A stretch of DNA of 64,000 nt from Laetmonice hystrix (GCA_965235115.1 OZ249436.1:21020001-21084000); one strand, 5' to 3'. Shown: positions 13,305 through 27,193, numbered from the stretch's first letter. Translations and numbers: made by a program. The notes: generated from the sequence alone by a model not told the origin.

Positions 13305-15040
13305 CAGCAAGAAGGGGCTGGTTGCTCCAGGGTACTGCATGCTCTTAAAGGTGTTTTCTTCTCTGTCCTTCGCCATAGTATAGTGAAACTCCAATGCCAT
13401 TCATTGGTCCGTTCTGATTCCACACATAAGATATTCCCGAGTGCACATCGCTAAAAAAAAGTCAGAGCTATATCAAAACAGCCCGTGCCATATCAACATG
13501 TGTTATCGCCTTGGACTAGAAATGGAAAAGCATTTAACGTTCAAACATTAGCTTCATCAACCTATACAATTGGTGTGATATCTGTGGCAGGGCCCGGCTA
13601 AGTGTTTCTTGTCGAGTGGGATTTGCTCGCGGTCCTTGTTGACGAGGGAAAGTGGCCGTAAATGGACGGTTACCATGACAAGGTGAGGATTCTCCCGGTG
13701 TGAACCACAACGCCACCTAGTGGTGGACAGAGAGTCCACTGTGGCAACAAACACTCCTGCCAACATTAATTGTAAGCCTTATACCGGCAGGCAAGACAAG
13801 CGCAAATATTTTATCATCACCCAAAGTACGCGTGCACACTTTAAATAAATCCATCGACTCTAGTACCGGGAAACGTTTCCGTTGTACACAAGTCTGAACT
13901 AAATTGAAAACTTTTTGAAATTATTTACAGAAGTACCGATATCTGCAGATAATGCAAATTGTCTTCCTGAAATCTCATTCGGTGTCAGGCGCGGCCTGAG
14001 AGCTCGTATAATTCTTGCGTTTGTACAGCTGCGATATGATTACTTGTGTGCACCGCAAAACTCATGTTGTGCCTATTGCAATGAGAACGCCGTCTTTCAA
14101 TACCTTTTTCTATCATGGCAACAATTTGCCGCCATCATAGAGAGTGATGAATACATGCATACCGCGGACGGAGAATCCTCCCACTTAAATGACATAAGTG
14201 TCGGCAGTAAACGAGGCCTCCGGCTCCACAATCAATCTCCATCTCACTCTGCTGGTTATCTGCCGACATGCCCCCCTCTTCCAGACACGCCCAGTCTACC
14301 GTATCCCTTTATCCATTTTGTTTTAAGTATACGTCAGGAAGGATTAAGTTCGAGGATTGTGTATCCAAGCATTTTACGGCGCACGGATCTCACGCCATGA
14401 TGTTATTTGAAAGGAGTGGGGAGTTTTAAAGGGTGTTTGTCATACTCGCAGACGATATTTCTTGTAATAGAACGGCTATAGTTACATCCCATAGTACCAT
14501 CTCAGAGCTGACGTTGTCCGGTGACGTTTGTCTGGCCTTTGCACGATGAGAGAGAGTGAGAGAGCTGAAAGCACTCCTGTGTACTAAAACACATGTATGT
14601 AAGGGAAGGGATGAGTGCATACATTATGTACGCCGGGCGCAAGCAATCATCCTCAAGCGAACATATACATTGTACATAATGTGTTACCGTATGTATCCAC
14701 ATAATATGTATATCGGCCTACATACATCGTACAACAGTATGTAGCGCCATGCATCCAGATAGACACTGAATCCAGTAATTATAATTTCCCATTTTTTAAA
14801 CGCGTTCCACAAATTTATGGACTCTCCTGAGTGTTCCTGTATACATTGTATATGAAACCTGTATGGGTACGTGAATCATGCATGCACGCGCATGGTTCAA
14901 ACACGGTATAATCTTTCCGGCTGTGTGATGACAGGGTATTGTAACAGGTCAGGAGATAATGGATGGTCTATAATAAACCCAGACTCTAAACCAATCTCAT
15001 CATGGCCAGGTACCAGAGGCGATCGACGTGCACGTGTCGG

Positions 15041-16099
15041 CATGGTGGATCACGTTCTGAGACCGGCGGCTGGCTCGGCCTCAACCAGCCACCATGGTGG
15101 ATCACGTTCCGAGACTCCACTGTCTCGGCCTCAACCAGCCACCATGGTGGATCACGTTCTGAGACCCGCCACTCGGCCTCAACCAGCCACCATGGTCATC
15201 ACGTTCTGAGACTCCACTGTCTCGGCCTCAACCAGCCACCATGGTGGATCACGTTCCGAGACCGGCGGCTGGCTCGGCCTCAACCAGCCACCATGGTGGA
15301 TCACGTTCTGAGACCCGCCACTCGGCCTCAACCAGCCACCATGGTGGATCACGTTCTGAGACCCGCCACTCGGCCTCAACCAGCCACCATGGTGATCACG
15401 TTCTGAGACCCGCCACTCGGCCTCAACCAGCCACCATGGTGGATCACGTTCTGAGACCGACCGCTGGCTCGGCCTCAACCAGCCACCATGGTGGATCACG
15501 TTCTGAGACCGACCGCTGGCTCGGCCTCAACCAGCCACCATGGTGGATCACGTTCTGAGACCGACCGCTGGCTCGGCCTCAACCAGCCACCATGGTGGAT
15601 CACGTTCTGAGACCGACCGCTGGCTCGGCCTCAACCAGCCACCATGGTGGATCACGTTCTGAGACCCGCCACTCGGCCTCAACCAGCCACCATGGTGGAT
15701 CACGTTCCGAGACTCCACTGTCTCGGCCTCAACCAGCCACCATGGTGGATCACGTTCTGAGACCGGCGGCTGGCTCGGCCTCAACCAGCCACCATGGTGG
15801 ATCACGTTCCGAGACCGGCGGCTGGCTCGGCCTCAACCAGTCACCATGGTGGATCACGTTCCGAGACCGACCGCTGGCTCGGCCTCAACCAGTCACCATG
15901 GTGGATCACGTTCTGAGACCCGCCACTCGGCCTCAACCAGCCACCATGGTGGATCACGTTCTGAGACCGACCGCTGGCTCAGCCTCAACCAGTCACCATG
16001 GTGGATCACGTTCTGAGACCGACCGCTGGCTCAGCCTCAACCAGTCACCATGGTGGATCACGTTCCGAGACCCGCCACTCGGCCTCAACCAGCCACCAT
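15041..16099. repeat. GC-rich minisatellite with constant core and four linker variants (~45-52 bp units)
   Basis: Core CTCGGCCTCAACCAGCCACCATGGTGGATCACGTT(C/T)GAGAC-like, followed by CGGCGGCTGG, TCCACTGT, CCGCCA or CGACCGCTGG. Confidence 0.95.
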
Positions 16100-16271
16100 A
16101 CTGTTGAATGAGTGGCCGGGTTGGTTAGCTGGGTCCTGCTGACCCTTGGATAGGTCAAATACCCGCTCTGAGGTCATTCCGAGGCTGATGCCATCTTTAC
16201 CCACCCTCAATCTCATCCACGTGGTATAGGCCTAATAAGACTTCAAGGGTGTTTATAATTACCGGACAGAA

Positions 16272-17071
16272 TGTACCGGACACTGACCGCCTACTACCCG
16301 GCCTAGTGTACCGGACACTGACCGCCTACTATCCGGCATAGTGTACCGGACACTGACCGCCTACTACCCGGCCTAGTGTACCGGACACTGACCGCCTACT
16401 ACCCGGCATAGTGTACCGGACACTGACCGCCTACTACCCGGCATAGTGTACCGGACACTGACCGCCTACTACCCGGCATAGTGTACCGGACACTGAGTGC
16501 CTACAACCCGGCATAGTGTACCGGACACTGACCGCCTACTACCCGGCATAATGTACCGGACACTGACCGCCCACTACCCGGCATAGTGTACCGGACACTG
16601 ACCGCCTACTATCCGGCATAGTGTACCGGACACTGACCGCCTACTACCCGGCCTAGTGTACCGGACACTGACCGCCTACTACCCGGCATAGTGTACCGGA
16701 CACTGACCGCCTACTACCCGGCCTAGTGTACCGGACACTGACCGCCTACTACCCGGCATAGTGTACCGGACACTGACCGCCTACTACCCGGCCTAGTGTA
16801 CCGGACACTGAGTGCCTACAACCCGGCATAGTGTACCGGACACTGACCGCCTACTACCCGGCATAATGTACCGGACACTGACCGCCCACTACCCGGCATA
16901 GTGTACCGGACACTGACCGCCTACTACCCAGCATAACGTACCGGACACTGACCGCCTACTACCCGGCATAGTGTACCCGACACTGACCGCCTACTACCCG
17001 GCCTAGTGTACCGGACACTGACCGCCTACTACCCGGCATAGTGTACCGGACACTGACCGCCTACTACCCGG
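16272..17071. repeat. 35-bp minisatellite, ~23 copies
   Basis: Unit GTGTACCGGACACTGACCGCCTACTACCCGGCATA. Confidence 0.97.
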
Positions 17072-17878
17072 AGACATTCAATTGTATTAACAGCACCTCA
17101 CATGTTTGAGACATTCAATTAACAGCACCTCATATTTTCAAGCCTATACGGTATATACAAGTACTTGTATACAAAAAAATGTACTGCATTTGATGTAGGT
17201 TGTCAAAAGTGTTTTATGGTTGCTTTCCCCCTGTAGTTTGGTTGCCTGTTGAGCGCCGCATCCCAGTACTAAATGGTTAACGTTCACAGCGCCCTACCAG
17301 ATGGACCATCTGTGTACGTCTCTTCTAAAAAAATGCCCAATCATCTTACAAATCAACACCTGGAGAAACTACGTTTAACATAGGAAGATATGAAGGATAG
17401 CCACGGCACGAATTCAGTTGTATTATGAAGTAATAGCAGCTTCGAGCGAGTCCTTGCTACTATGTGCCCCACCCACACACACCCACACACACACAAAGAA
17501 AAAGCAACAGAAAAGTTCTTCTCTCTCCAAAGTTTATAGGCAGAAGGTCGTCCAACCAATTTTACATATTATCTTCCACTAAGGCTAATTTTATATCATG
17601 AGAAAAGTTAAATCCGCAAGACCGAGGTTTGCCCGTACATATCGATGTGTTTACAAACGTAGCCACTAGATGTCGTTGCGGTATTGCTGCGACTCGCAAT
17701 AATATTGCCTACGGCGATGGCATTGTATGTAGTTGTTCATGGTGATACAATGACCAGGTGAATAGTTCAGTATTAGAAGGTGATAGAATGTATGGTGTTT
17801 GTGTAATTACACAGTCGGGTCGGGTGACATGAGGATGACGCGAACGTGCCAATGTCAATGTAAGCAAACACCACTCAC

Positions 17879-18344
17879 CTTGGGCGAAGCTATTGAAACG
17901 ACAGAAGAAAGCTCCCAACACCCAGCCTTCTGTCACATCGTTGACGAGGTGCACCCACGTACACGACACTGTGACCATTACATCAGATACGGCCAAATTA
18001 ACTATGTAATAATTAGTGGTCGTTTGCATCCGTTTGTTTTTCCACACAATAAAGATCACTAGGGCGTTGCCGACCAGTGCCACCACGATGGTAATCACGT
18101 AGAACATTATCTTAAGTGTAACTTCCCAAGTGGGTGGTCGTCTGACGTCGATGGGGTACGGCAGACATGACGTGTCCCACTGGTCGGCGCTGCATGGCCC
18201 AAACAAACTGCCGTTAGCAAACGGTCCGGCTGGCCCTGGTCCGGCAGGGCCTCCTCCTGCCGGCCCGGGCCACAGGTTGTCAGAATCCGGGAAACTGTAC
18301 GGCACCGAACCGTTCGCAACCAACACGGTTCGATTGGACTCCAT
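17879..18344 (-). CDS. First coding exon of a class A (rhodopsin-like) neuropeptide GPCR (N-terminus, TM1, TM2, start of TM3)
   Basis: ATG at 18344 (MESNRTV...); N-glycosylation sequons NRT and NGS; TM1 ...VALVGNALV; ICL1 KNKRMQTTTNYYIVNLAVSD (NLAxxD); ECL1 WVLGAFFC; homology ends at a canonical donor CAAG|GTGAGT (GT at 17878-17877, phase 1). Later exons were not recognised in the window. Confidence 0.93.
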
Positions 18345-20819
18345 CACTGCCTTAAAGTGAATTTCACGTTGATTGCTCAACGATGGCGACTAGATGAGCA
18401 CTGTAATTCATTACAGAAGTTCGATATGAACAGGCTTGTGGCAGCAACAGTAGATTTATGCCCCTTGGTAAGGTGTATGCCGATCCGGAGACGTCTACGT
18501 CACTGCAAAATTACAGAGAATCATCGCGATTTTCGTAGGTTCAAGCCTTGAGTAAATGTTTTAGGAAGAATGTGGCAGACTTTGATGTTCTCCTGCTTGT
18601 TCCTGGCCACCAATTGATTGTTTGATGATGCGACCAGTCTGCTTACCTCTTATTGCTAATACTCCAATCAGCTAAGTGTGGAATCTTTGCCACTTCTTGC
18701 CTGTAGACGCGGCTGTTGGGAATGAGGGACGTGAAGGTAACAACACCATCCTGTAATCACTCAGGCCGGGCCGCCACCGGTGGCAGACAGCGGCGGAGAG
18801 CAGTGTTTCCTGTCCTGGCGCTCAGTAAACCCGGGGTCGTGAGTGGCGCTGATGAGATGAGGGTCTATCATCAGAAATTCGCGGTCTGCTACTGTTGGTT
18901 ACCTGGGCGGTCGACCTCATACATATTATCTTCCGACACGCTGAGCACCCGGCCGCCACACCATCGACATGCAAATTGCCCCCTTGTTTTCCTGGTGTCA
19001 TATTTTAACACCTAGAGCCATGCGTGAAATATATATTGGCGAAATGGAAACTATACATTTTACAGCCACAACTTTCGCACAGCGTGAACTTCTTTGCCAG
19101 GAGGTCTAACACCGCAATGCCGGTATCCCATTTCTTAAACCTTTGACCGACGGTCGACCATTTGGGTGGTGGCGGGTAGTGGTCGCATTCGTCGGAATAA
19201 TTTAGTGGTCACCGTCAATCAAACGATCCCCGCGGGGCAGATATAAGAACGACCACCCTGGCGTTAGGAGTGAGACAGGAAACGGTGCAGTGACATGAGT
19301 GCCTGGCCGGCCGTGCAGCAATCTAACTTTTTTCCACCATCGATCTAAGTAAAGTACAGGCAGCGAACCGGGCTGATCGACATGCCTCGGGCTCTCATAG
19401 TTCACATGAAGTCCGCCAGGAGGCTTCCTGGCATCGGCTGAAATGGCGCAGGGAGGTTTTAAAAAAAGTGCAAAAAGTGCGTGTGTTACGCCATTCCACC
19501 ATTAACCGTGTCAATTTTTATACATTATTTCACAGTATCTCTCCCTCCCCAATGCTCGATTTAGTCCCTTTTTTATCCTATTTATTTATAATTCCTTTGC
19601 CATTCAATATTAGACCTACAAGATTACCAACGTGCCGCCCTGCAAGCGAAAGTATATCTAGAAGTGGAAATTTACGAAGCATTCTAATGGGAAAATTTCA
19701 GTTTGATATCTCGGCAGTATAAAGTCAGACATTCGATCAATATGTTAAGTAATGGCCGACGATTATATCATGCCAAATCAGCGCCGTGGGGCTGCTAGAG
19801 GGGCGGCGGTCTATCCATTGGTGACATCCTACCTTATAGTGGCAAGTCTCCCCTGTACAGTAGCCTAGAGTCATGTCCTCGGGCGTTTCAAGTCCAAATT
19901 AATGTCTTGAGTTCTAACTCTATAGGTCAGATATCGAGGTCTCCTCTCGGTATGTCAACGAATTATTTTAAACAACTTTCATCAGCAACCAATGGTGTAG
20001 ACAGTCGGCGTGCGAAGCTGACTTTAACGAACAAATTATGGACTCGTATAGGTCCGGTGGTCCTTCTGGCCCCTGTCGCCGCTGGGTATCGCTCTCGTCA
20101 TAATTTCTTCCCTGATAAAAATTGTTGGCGGCCGAAGAACGTGCCCTGTGTTTTAATATCTTTCCACAGCCTGTCAGAAGTGGGTGCACGGGTCAGCGTT
20201 ATTTAATGACTACACTGTGTGTCGTAAAAAACTCTTTGTTCTTCATGGCATGACGTATAGAGTTGACGGTTTGACACCCCTGAACGGTTCCATCCAAGTG
20301 ACATGACTGTGTGACATTTGAGACCCACGTTCTGCGTCACGCCTGAGGTAGTTTCAGTATACAATGATATATTAGCAGGACTCCACGGGAGACCATCCTC
20401 TCATTTCCCTGATCGGAATATCCCGCTAGCCTGCTCTGTGTTCTACTGCAGGGCGATAATTAGGGAAACGCTATGCCGATAGCCCTATACGTACGGTAGA
20501 CACTAATTAATTGAAACTGGCTATTTGAAAATCATCAAAGAACAATAAATGCCGTGCAAAATTATTGTGATAAATGGAATTTAACAAGCAACACGAATAA
20601 AACTAAAAGTGTTATATTTTCCAGGGGTAAGGTTAGGAGTTTTCCTATATTTGTATTAAGAAATGTACCAATATAAGTCATAAACAACTCTCACCTATAG
20701 CTGCATACACAGGGAAAGCAAAGTAAAATTTCATGTGTTATGTATAAACTCCTTAGAGGAATGATGGAAAAGGGAATCTATCAGTCTAAAATCAGTCTAA
20801 ATTGAATCTACATTGAACG

Positions 20820-21300
20820 ACTGTGGTTATTCAAATTTGTGGTATGAAGAGAATGTGGTTCTGAGTGGGTCAAATTATAGGTTTAAAACTGAATGATATC
20901 TTTATGCAAAAATGGAGCGAAGAGGTTTCTGAGAATAGATTATGTAGACGTTATAGAATATCCAAACATGAATATAAACTAGAAAAATATCTAATACTTT
21001 TAGATTTAGTTCATAGAATTAATTTGAGAAAGTTTAGATGTGGTAATCATAAGTTGCCTGTAAATTCAGGTATATTCCAAGGAGTACCAAGGCATGAAAG
21101 ATCGTGCTGTTTGTGTAATTCAAATGACACAGGGGTTGAATATCACTATTTATTTATATGTTGTCATTTCAAAGACGAAAGTAAGTCTTCTATCAAACCG
21201 TATTTCTGGAGACGTCCAACCATACACAAAATAGACAAGTTATTTAATATGACGAGTAGAAAATAGCTTTAAAATTGTCAAATTTTGTTAAGATCATAAG
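20820..21300 (+). mobile_element. Decayed 3' fragment of a non-LTR retrotransposon ORF2 (RTEX-like C-terminal Cys/His domain)
   Basis: ORF 20865-21266 contains LRKFRCGNHKLPVNSG...RHERSCCLCNSNDTGVEYHYLFIC, a typical LINE ORF2 C-terminal CCHC-type motif; 5' truncated. Confidence 0.75.
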
Positions 21301-21732
21301 GAATCTTTTTTAGGGACAATTACGTGTGATGTATTGCTAGTATCGGGAGTTTTCTTTGTGTGTGGCCGTGCACTGTGATGTTTCAATTATGTATGGTGTG
21401 GAACTTTCTCCTATAGCCTACCCCGGAAGGGGTTTGTTGTGAGAAAAGAAAACTTTTTAAAAGACGACACGTAGGAATGGAGTTCTAGTCAGTTTAATGA
21501 CACTAAATTAAATGCGCGCGCTGTTGACACGATTCAAGGAAATATAAACTGTGCGCCTGCACACGTAACCGCGCTGACAACTTGCGTAATATAGGGGGCC
21601 TACATAAACATGACAATGATAAGGTAATTACATTTTAGTTGAGTCCGCTGCAGTTCTACAGGTAACACCGCGCAAATATGGAAAATTTGACGTCACGCTG
21701 GCTGGTGACCGGAAACTGTGCTCCTGTTCGCC

Positions 21733-22531
21733 CCGGTGTAACAATTTCAGATTACCCCCCCCCCCCCCATTGAACATACCTCCCCCGGTAATCTGAAGTT
21801 AATTTCAAATGACCCCCCCCCCCTAATTTCGAAGTACCCCCTTCCATTCCCTTTAATAACTCAATAAAACTTGGAACAAAGAATGTTTGGTGATACATGA
21901 ACCCCATTAACAATGCAATAAGTCCAAGACTCCTTTACATTCAACTTCGGTAAGCATTCTGTACCTATTTTTTACTCTGAGTCAGGCTCACTTGTCTTAT
22001 GACAGCGAACTCGCCAATCTGCTTTTCCAACTTTATACCTTGGTAATTTTAACGGCTGGGAGGCTTAGTCCTTCAGTTATTTGGTAAAGATCTAAAATAA
22101 TAATTATTATCGTATATAAATGGTTTACTGTCCAAAAATCAATCAGATGTGTAGAATTTTTATGTATAGTATATGTATGCTCTATAGTATGTAGTACCAT
22201 CTCCCATAGCGTTTTTCAGATTTACTGCTATTACGGAGAAAGCTATAGACTGACTGGAAAGAAAAAAAAGTCCACTCCTGCTCCTACAATCAAAATTCAG
22301 TTGACTAAATTGGGGGGTAATCTGAAACTGGAGGGGGTATATTGAAATTAACTTCAGATTAACCCCCCCCCCCCCTTTGAAACTAACTTCAACATACCGG
22401 GGGGTATGTTGAAGTTAGTTAATCCAACTTCAACGTACCGGGGGGGTATGTTGAAGTTAGTTAGGCCAACTTCAACGTACCGGGGGGGGGGGGTAACCTG
22501 AATGGGGGGTATAATAAAATTGGGACACCGG
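21733..22531. mobile_element. Putative non-autonomous TIR element with G/C-run subterminal repeats
   Basis: CCGGTGTAACAATTT at 21733 vs AAATTGGGACACCGG ending at 22531; subterminal TTCAGATTACCCCC / GGGGTAATCTGAA motifs at both ends; no clear TSD. Confidence 0.55.
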
Positions 22532-23129
22532 CTAGCCAGCGGGCCAGCCAATCAGCAGCGGCACCCGCGCCCCCAAGCGGGGTACGCGCTAACCGTGAGT
22601 CTTTTAAATTCAGTTAATGAATTAACACCCCAAAACTTTCAAAACACTCATCACAAGGTGTGCTATGTCGGACATGAGGATAAATAAGTGCGAAACCCGG
22701 TCCTGTTGTCGGAAAGTTGTTCTGTTCAGGACCGGATTCAAACGAGTCGCCCAGGATTATGGATGCCCACATTGTAGGCGGTATACTTAAGGGCAAGTGC
22801 TAGTGTGAGGCCAAAACATTTTTTGAGACAGATTTTTTTTAATTTTGCAGATAAACAGAGTATGTTCTCCTCTTTCAAAATTCAGCAAAAAAAAGATACC
22901 TCACCGGCTTCGTTTGAAGTTGGTATGTTCTTCATGTTCACTGTTTGCAATTTTTTTTACCACTTTTATTTGTCAGAACGGTGTTATGACAAATAGAAGT
23001 GGTTAAAAGAAATTGACTTTGAACATTTGCACTGGTGTAAATGAGCAAAAGTGAAAATGTTCAAAATCAAACCTTTTTTTACCACTTCTATAACTTCAAC
23101 ACCGTTATGACAAATAGAAGTGGTAAAAA

Positions 23130-23873
23130 TAACACACGTTAACCACCTGGTTGTAATAAAACACGTTAACCGCCCGGTTGTAATAAAACACACGTTAATC
23201 ACCCGGTTGTAATAAAACACACGTTAACTACCCGGTTGTAATAAAACACACGTTAACTACCTGGTTGTAATAAAACACACGTTAACCGCCCGGTTGTAAT
23301 AAAACACACGTTACCCACCCGGTTGTAATAAAACACACGTTAACTACCCGGTTGTAATAAAACACACGTTAACCGCCCGGTTGTAATAAAACACACGTTA
23401 CCCACCCGGTTGTAATAAAACACGTTAACCGCCCGGTTGTAATAAAACACACGTTAACCGCCCGGTTGTAATAAAACACACGTTAACCACCCGGTTGTAA
23501 TAAAACACATTTAACCACCCGGTTGTAAAAAATCATACGTTAACCACCCGGTTGTAATAAAACACATATAACTACCCGGTTGTAATAAAACACACGTTAA
23601 CCACCCGGTTGTAATAAAACACGTTAACCACCCGGTTGTAATAAAACACGTTAACTACCCGGTTGTAATAAAACACACGTTAACCGCCCGGTTGTAATAA
23701 CACACACGTTAACCGCCCGGTTGTAATAAAACACACGTTAACCGCCCGGTTGTAATAAAACACACTTTAACAGCCCGGTTGTAATAAAACACACGTTAAC
23801 AGCCCGGATGTAATAAAACACACGTTAACCACCCGGTTGTAATAAAACACACGTTAACCACCCGGTTGTAATA
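23130..23873. repeat. 27/29-bp minisatellite, ~26 copies
   Basis: Unit AAAACACACGTTAACCACCCGGTTGTAAT with AC-length variants. Confidence 0.97.
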
Positions 23874-24659
23874 ATATACCAGCCCCCCGAATTGGTACGA
23901 AAATATGGCAAGACGACAATGTCAGGGATAAAATGTCTCAATCTTAATTCGATCATGACAAAGAATCCGCTAGAAAAGACTAATTATGTACCTTCGCATC
24001 TTGTAATAGAGAAGTGACATGACGGCATGTACAAAGAACAGGACGATGCGCTTTTTGTATGGTAGTTCTATTACTAGTTCAATTCATCACATTTAGCAAG
24101 ACAATGCTAGGTCTATCCATCCCGTAGGAGGTAGATTACAGTATTCTTACTTGTCTCACAGATCTTATATCCTCTAATTTGATCACTAGTTAGACTAGAG
24201 TAACCATATTTAGCAACAATCCATGTGAACAACTTCAAAGTTGGATGTGCAGAGGTTGGGCTGAATTAAATAATTACGTACAGATAAAGTGAGACCGATC
24301 ATTCCAGAATACGATTCACGAGAGTCCAATGACATTTTCTCTCAGCGAATTAAGCGCTATTCAAAGTTCTGTTAATTGATTATCCTACGTTCCACAGATA
24401 CATTAGATAAAATCGTGCTGGGATGATCATCCATGACTACAAACTGATACAATTCTGTTCGAAAGTAACCCCGGGTGAAATCAGCGCCATTTTGAGCATT
24501 GCATCGCGGGTACATTGAGCCGGAAATCTGGCCATCATGGCAGTGGTTGCAGTATTTTGTCTGCATCAGGCATTGAAGCAACTAAAATAGGCCTCTAGTG
24601 CTCTTCCTAAAGCCAGTGGGCAATATTGGGATAGTATAATGTTCATGATACAAGTAGCC

Positions 24660-25200
24660 CTAGGAAAGCTGTATTGCCGTATCTTTCAAGGCTTTTGATG
24701 CCATTAATCACCCAATATTACTCTCTAATTTAAATCATTATAGTATAAGAGGTAAAGCCCTGGAATGGTTTGAAAATTATTTAAGTAACTGAGTGATTCA
24801 ACAGGGTATCATTAATGATGACTTCTTAGAACAAGTGCAATATACTAAATTCCTAGGTGTTATTATAGATGACAAACTAATGTGGAATAAACATATTAAT
24901 CATTGTTCGAGTAAGGTGGCTGTTGGAATTTACGCCATGAATATGGCTAAATAATTACTATCATCTGATCATTTAAAATTAATTTATTACAGTTTAGTTC
25001 ATCCATATTTGATTTATGGTAATATTGTACAGGGAAACACCTATACAAAATACACTAAAAGATTGGAGGTCTTACTAAAAAAGGCCATACGTGCGTGTTA
25101 TCACGAACTCTAAATATAATGAACCATTTTCTCCGTTCTTTAAACGGGCAAATATACCCAAGCTGATTGATATCTACCGTGAACAAATTACTATGTAATC
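24660..25200 (+). mobile_element. Decayed CR1/L2-type reverse transcriptase fragment
   Basis: Broken frames read LSRLL/AFDAINHPILLSNL...IRGKALEWFENYLSN and TKFLGVIIDDKLMWNKHIN...LIYYSLVHPYLIYGNI; stops and frameshifts present. Confidence 0.8.
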
Positions 25201-26470
25201 GATACATTCATGCTAACCTTCCGTGTCCACTGAAGGTCCTAAACTCTGGCTGACTCTTGGTCAGACTATTAAAGCTGCTAGACAAGAAATATTTTAAATC
25301 ATTCCCTAAGAATCAAATTTATGGATGTATATTGATGAATTTATATTTGATTGAATTCATATAAATTTAGAAATGACTATAATAACATGGCTACACATAT
25401 GACTAGATATAGCTATTCTGAGAGTTTGGTAGTGGTACAGCTTCCTATATGAAGTTCCGCTATAGCTATTATTCAACTGTGACTACACTCGAGTTTGTAT
25501 ATTATCATGTTCTTTCGGTTGCCCATTTGCCCCGAGTGATCTCTGCCATTTTACCTACCCACCGACCTACCAATTACGATTTTTTAAATGGCATCTTAAT
25601 TTTAAATCTCTAAATGTATAATAACGTGTCTTCATCGTCACGGGATAAAAATGTTGGTGATATCGTCCATGTCTGCTCACGTCAAACATATCAGATCATA
25701 TCAGATGTTGGAGACTTGCATATTTGTTGATTGAGGCTTTCCTCCACGAAACCGTGAAATAGAGAATGTTGAACTCCGAATTGCACGAGAAACGCACTCG
25801 AGCTGTGGACTGGTGCTGAGAGAAGACGTGCACCCCGTTGGCGCTGCTGTTATCTTATTGGTTTATCCATAATACCGAGACGTGACTAAACGCGCCCAGT
25901 GCCTTCCATTACTCTAGTACACAACATGTGCATTTGACAGTCTGCTAGCTGGAGGCGACGTTACGGGATCCACTTATACTGACCTTTTCACGTCTACCCG
26001 ATTTGTGGGTCCACGGTCTGTCATCGGGGACACGCGAGACAGCTTCTTTTATTGCTGAATATAGCAAACTCAGTCAAACCGGAAGTTCTTAAAGCCAACA
26101 CAAGAACGCACTGATTTTAGGGAGGGGCGTCACACATGGGCATGCGCACGCCGCTTCTTTCAACCAGCGTGTTCTGTTCTTGATCAAAGTCTGACTAGGA
26201 GAAGCCTTTATTCGTAAAAACACAGGAAAAAGATTTGATGACCAAACGCCCGAGCTCCACTCGCCGTAGAGATTATAGCATAGTTACCACGTATTCTTCA
26301 TCACGAGAAGAGAAGTTGTTTGAAACCGTGCGAACCTTAACTTCCAATGTAGCTCAGTTACTACATCACATTTACTCCGTTTCAACTATACTGCGCGCGC
26401 CCTCATTTCCTATATAGGATTTTCGACTCCCAAGGCTAAATGATGTGTTTCCCTTGCCCTACAACTATGA

Positions 26471-26688
26471 AGGCCGCGACACACTATGCGACTATATCGC
26501 TTGACTTGTCGCAGCAACAGGAAAATATTCAACATGTTGAATATTTGTCGCTGCATTTGTCGGGCCAAGTTACGACAACTCAAGCGACAGAATTTCTGGC
26601 GACAGCCGGGACACACTAGCCGACAACAGAAGCGGTAGCTGTCGCTTGTGTTATCGGCTGAAAAAAATCGCATAGTGTGTCGCGGCCT
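26471..26688. mobile_element. MITE (PIF/Harbinger-like)
   Basis: TIR AGGCCGCGACACACTATGCGA / TCGCATAGTGTGTCGCGGCCT; flanks TGA / TAA. Confidence 0.85.
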
Positions 26689-26691
26689 TAA

Positions 26692-27193
26692 AGGGCCTGG
26701 GCCCCGTTTCATATATAACTAACAGCGAACGCACACTAATAACGCACAAGTGCGTTATTAGCGAACGATGAAGATAGCGATAGTTGCGTTAAAGTGTTTC
26801 ATAAGCATGTTACAATTGTCCCCGGTCTCCCCTGCTTTTCAATTTAAGTATCCACGTTACGTATTTTCGTAGAATTGCCAGCTAATATGTCTCATAATGG
26901 GAAGTTAGCGCAGACCCTTATAGGTGCGCGTTAATTAAACGATTTTAGAGCCAGACAACGCGCGCTATGAACGCATAGTGCGTGGCGTTATTAGTTATGC
27001 AACACATTAACCTCAAATGAAGCTATTTGCGCAGCTGCGTTAATAACGCAGCTGCGTTATTAGTTATGAAACGGGGCCCTGATCCACAGACCGATTTACG
27101 GCCGATTTTCACATACGGCTGATTTTTCTCCATTGGAAAAGTATCTCGTCGTATCACAAAATCGGCTGTAAATCGGTCTGAGGATCAGGCCCT
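26692..27193. mobile_element. MITE (PIF/Harbinger-like, TAA TSD) interrupted by a nested MITE
   Basis: After removing 26700-27081 the ends read AGGGCCTGATCCACAGACCGATTT / AAATCGGTCTGAGGATCAGGCCCT; TAA on both sides. Confidence 0.85.
26700..27078. mobile_element. Nested MITE with CTG TSD (Harbinger-like)
   Basis: TIR GGCCCCGTTTCATA / TATGAAACGGGGCC; CTG duplicated at 26697-26699 and 27079-27081. Confidence 0.88.

Noticed and set aside
12770..13454. ORFs of 165-221 aa on both strands
   Set aside because: Translations of a minisatellite with units not consistently a multiple of three; no domain signal.
15041..16099. CRISPR-like array or repetitive protein gene
   Set aside because: Linkers are 6-10 bp and recurrent; ORFs occur in several frames and both strands, as expected for a stop-poor repeat.
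17709..17878. C-terminal part of the 223-aa GPCR ORF
   Set aside because: Lies past the GTGAGT donor; intronic read-through without TM3/DRY features.
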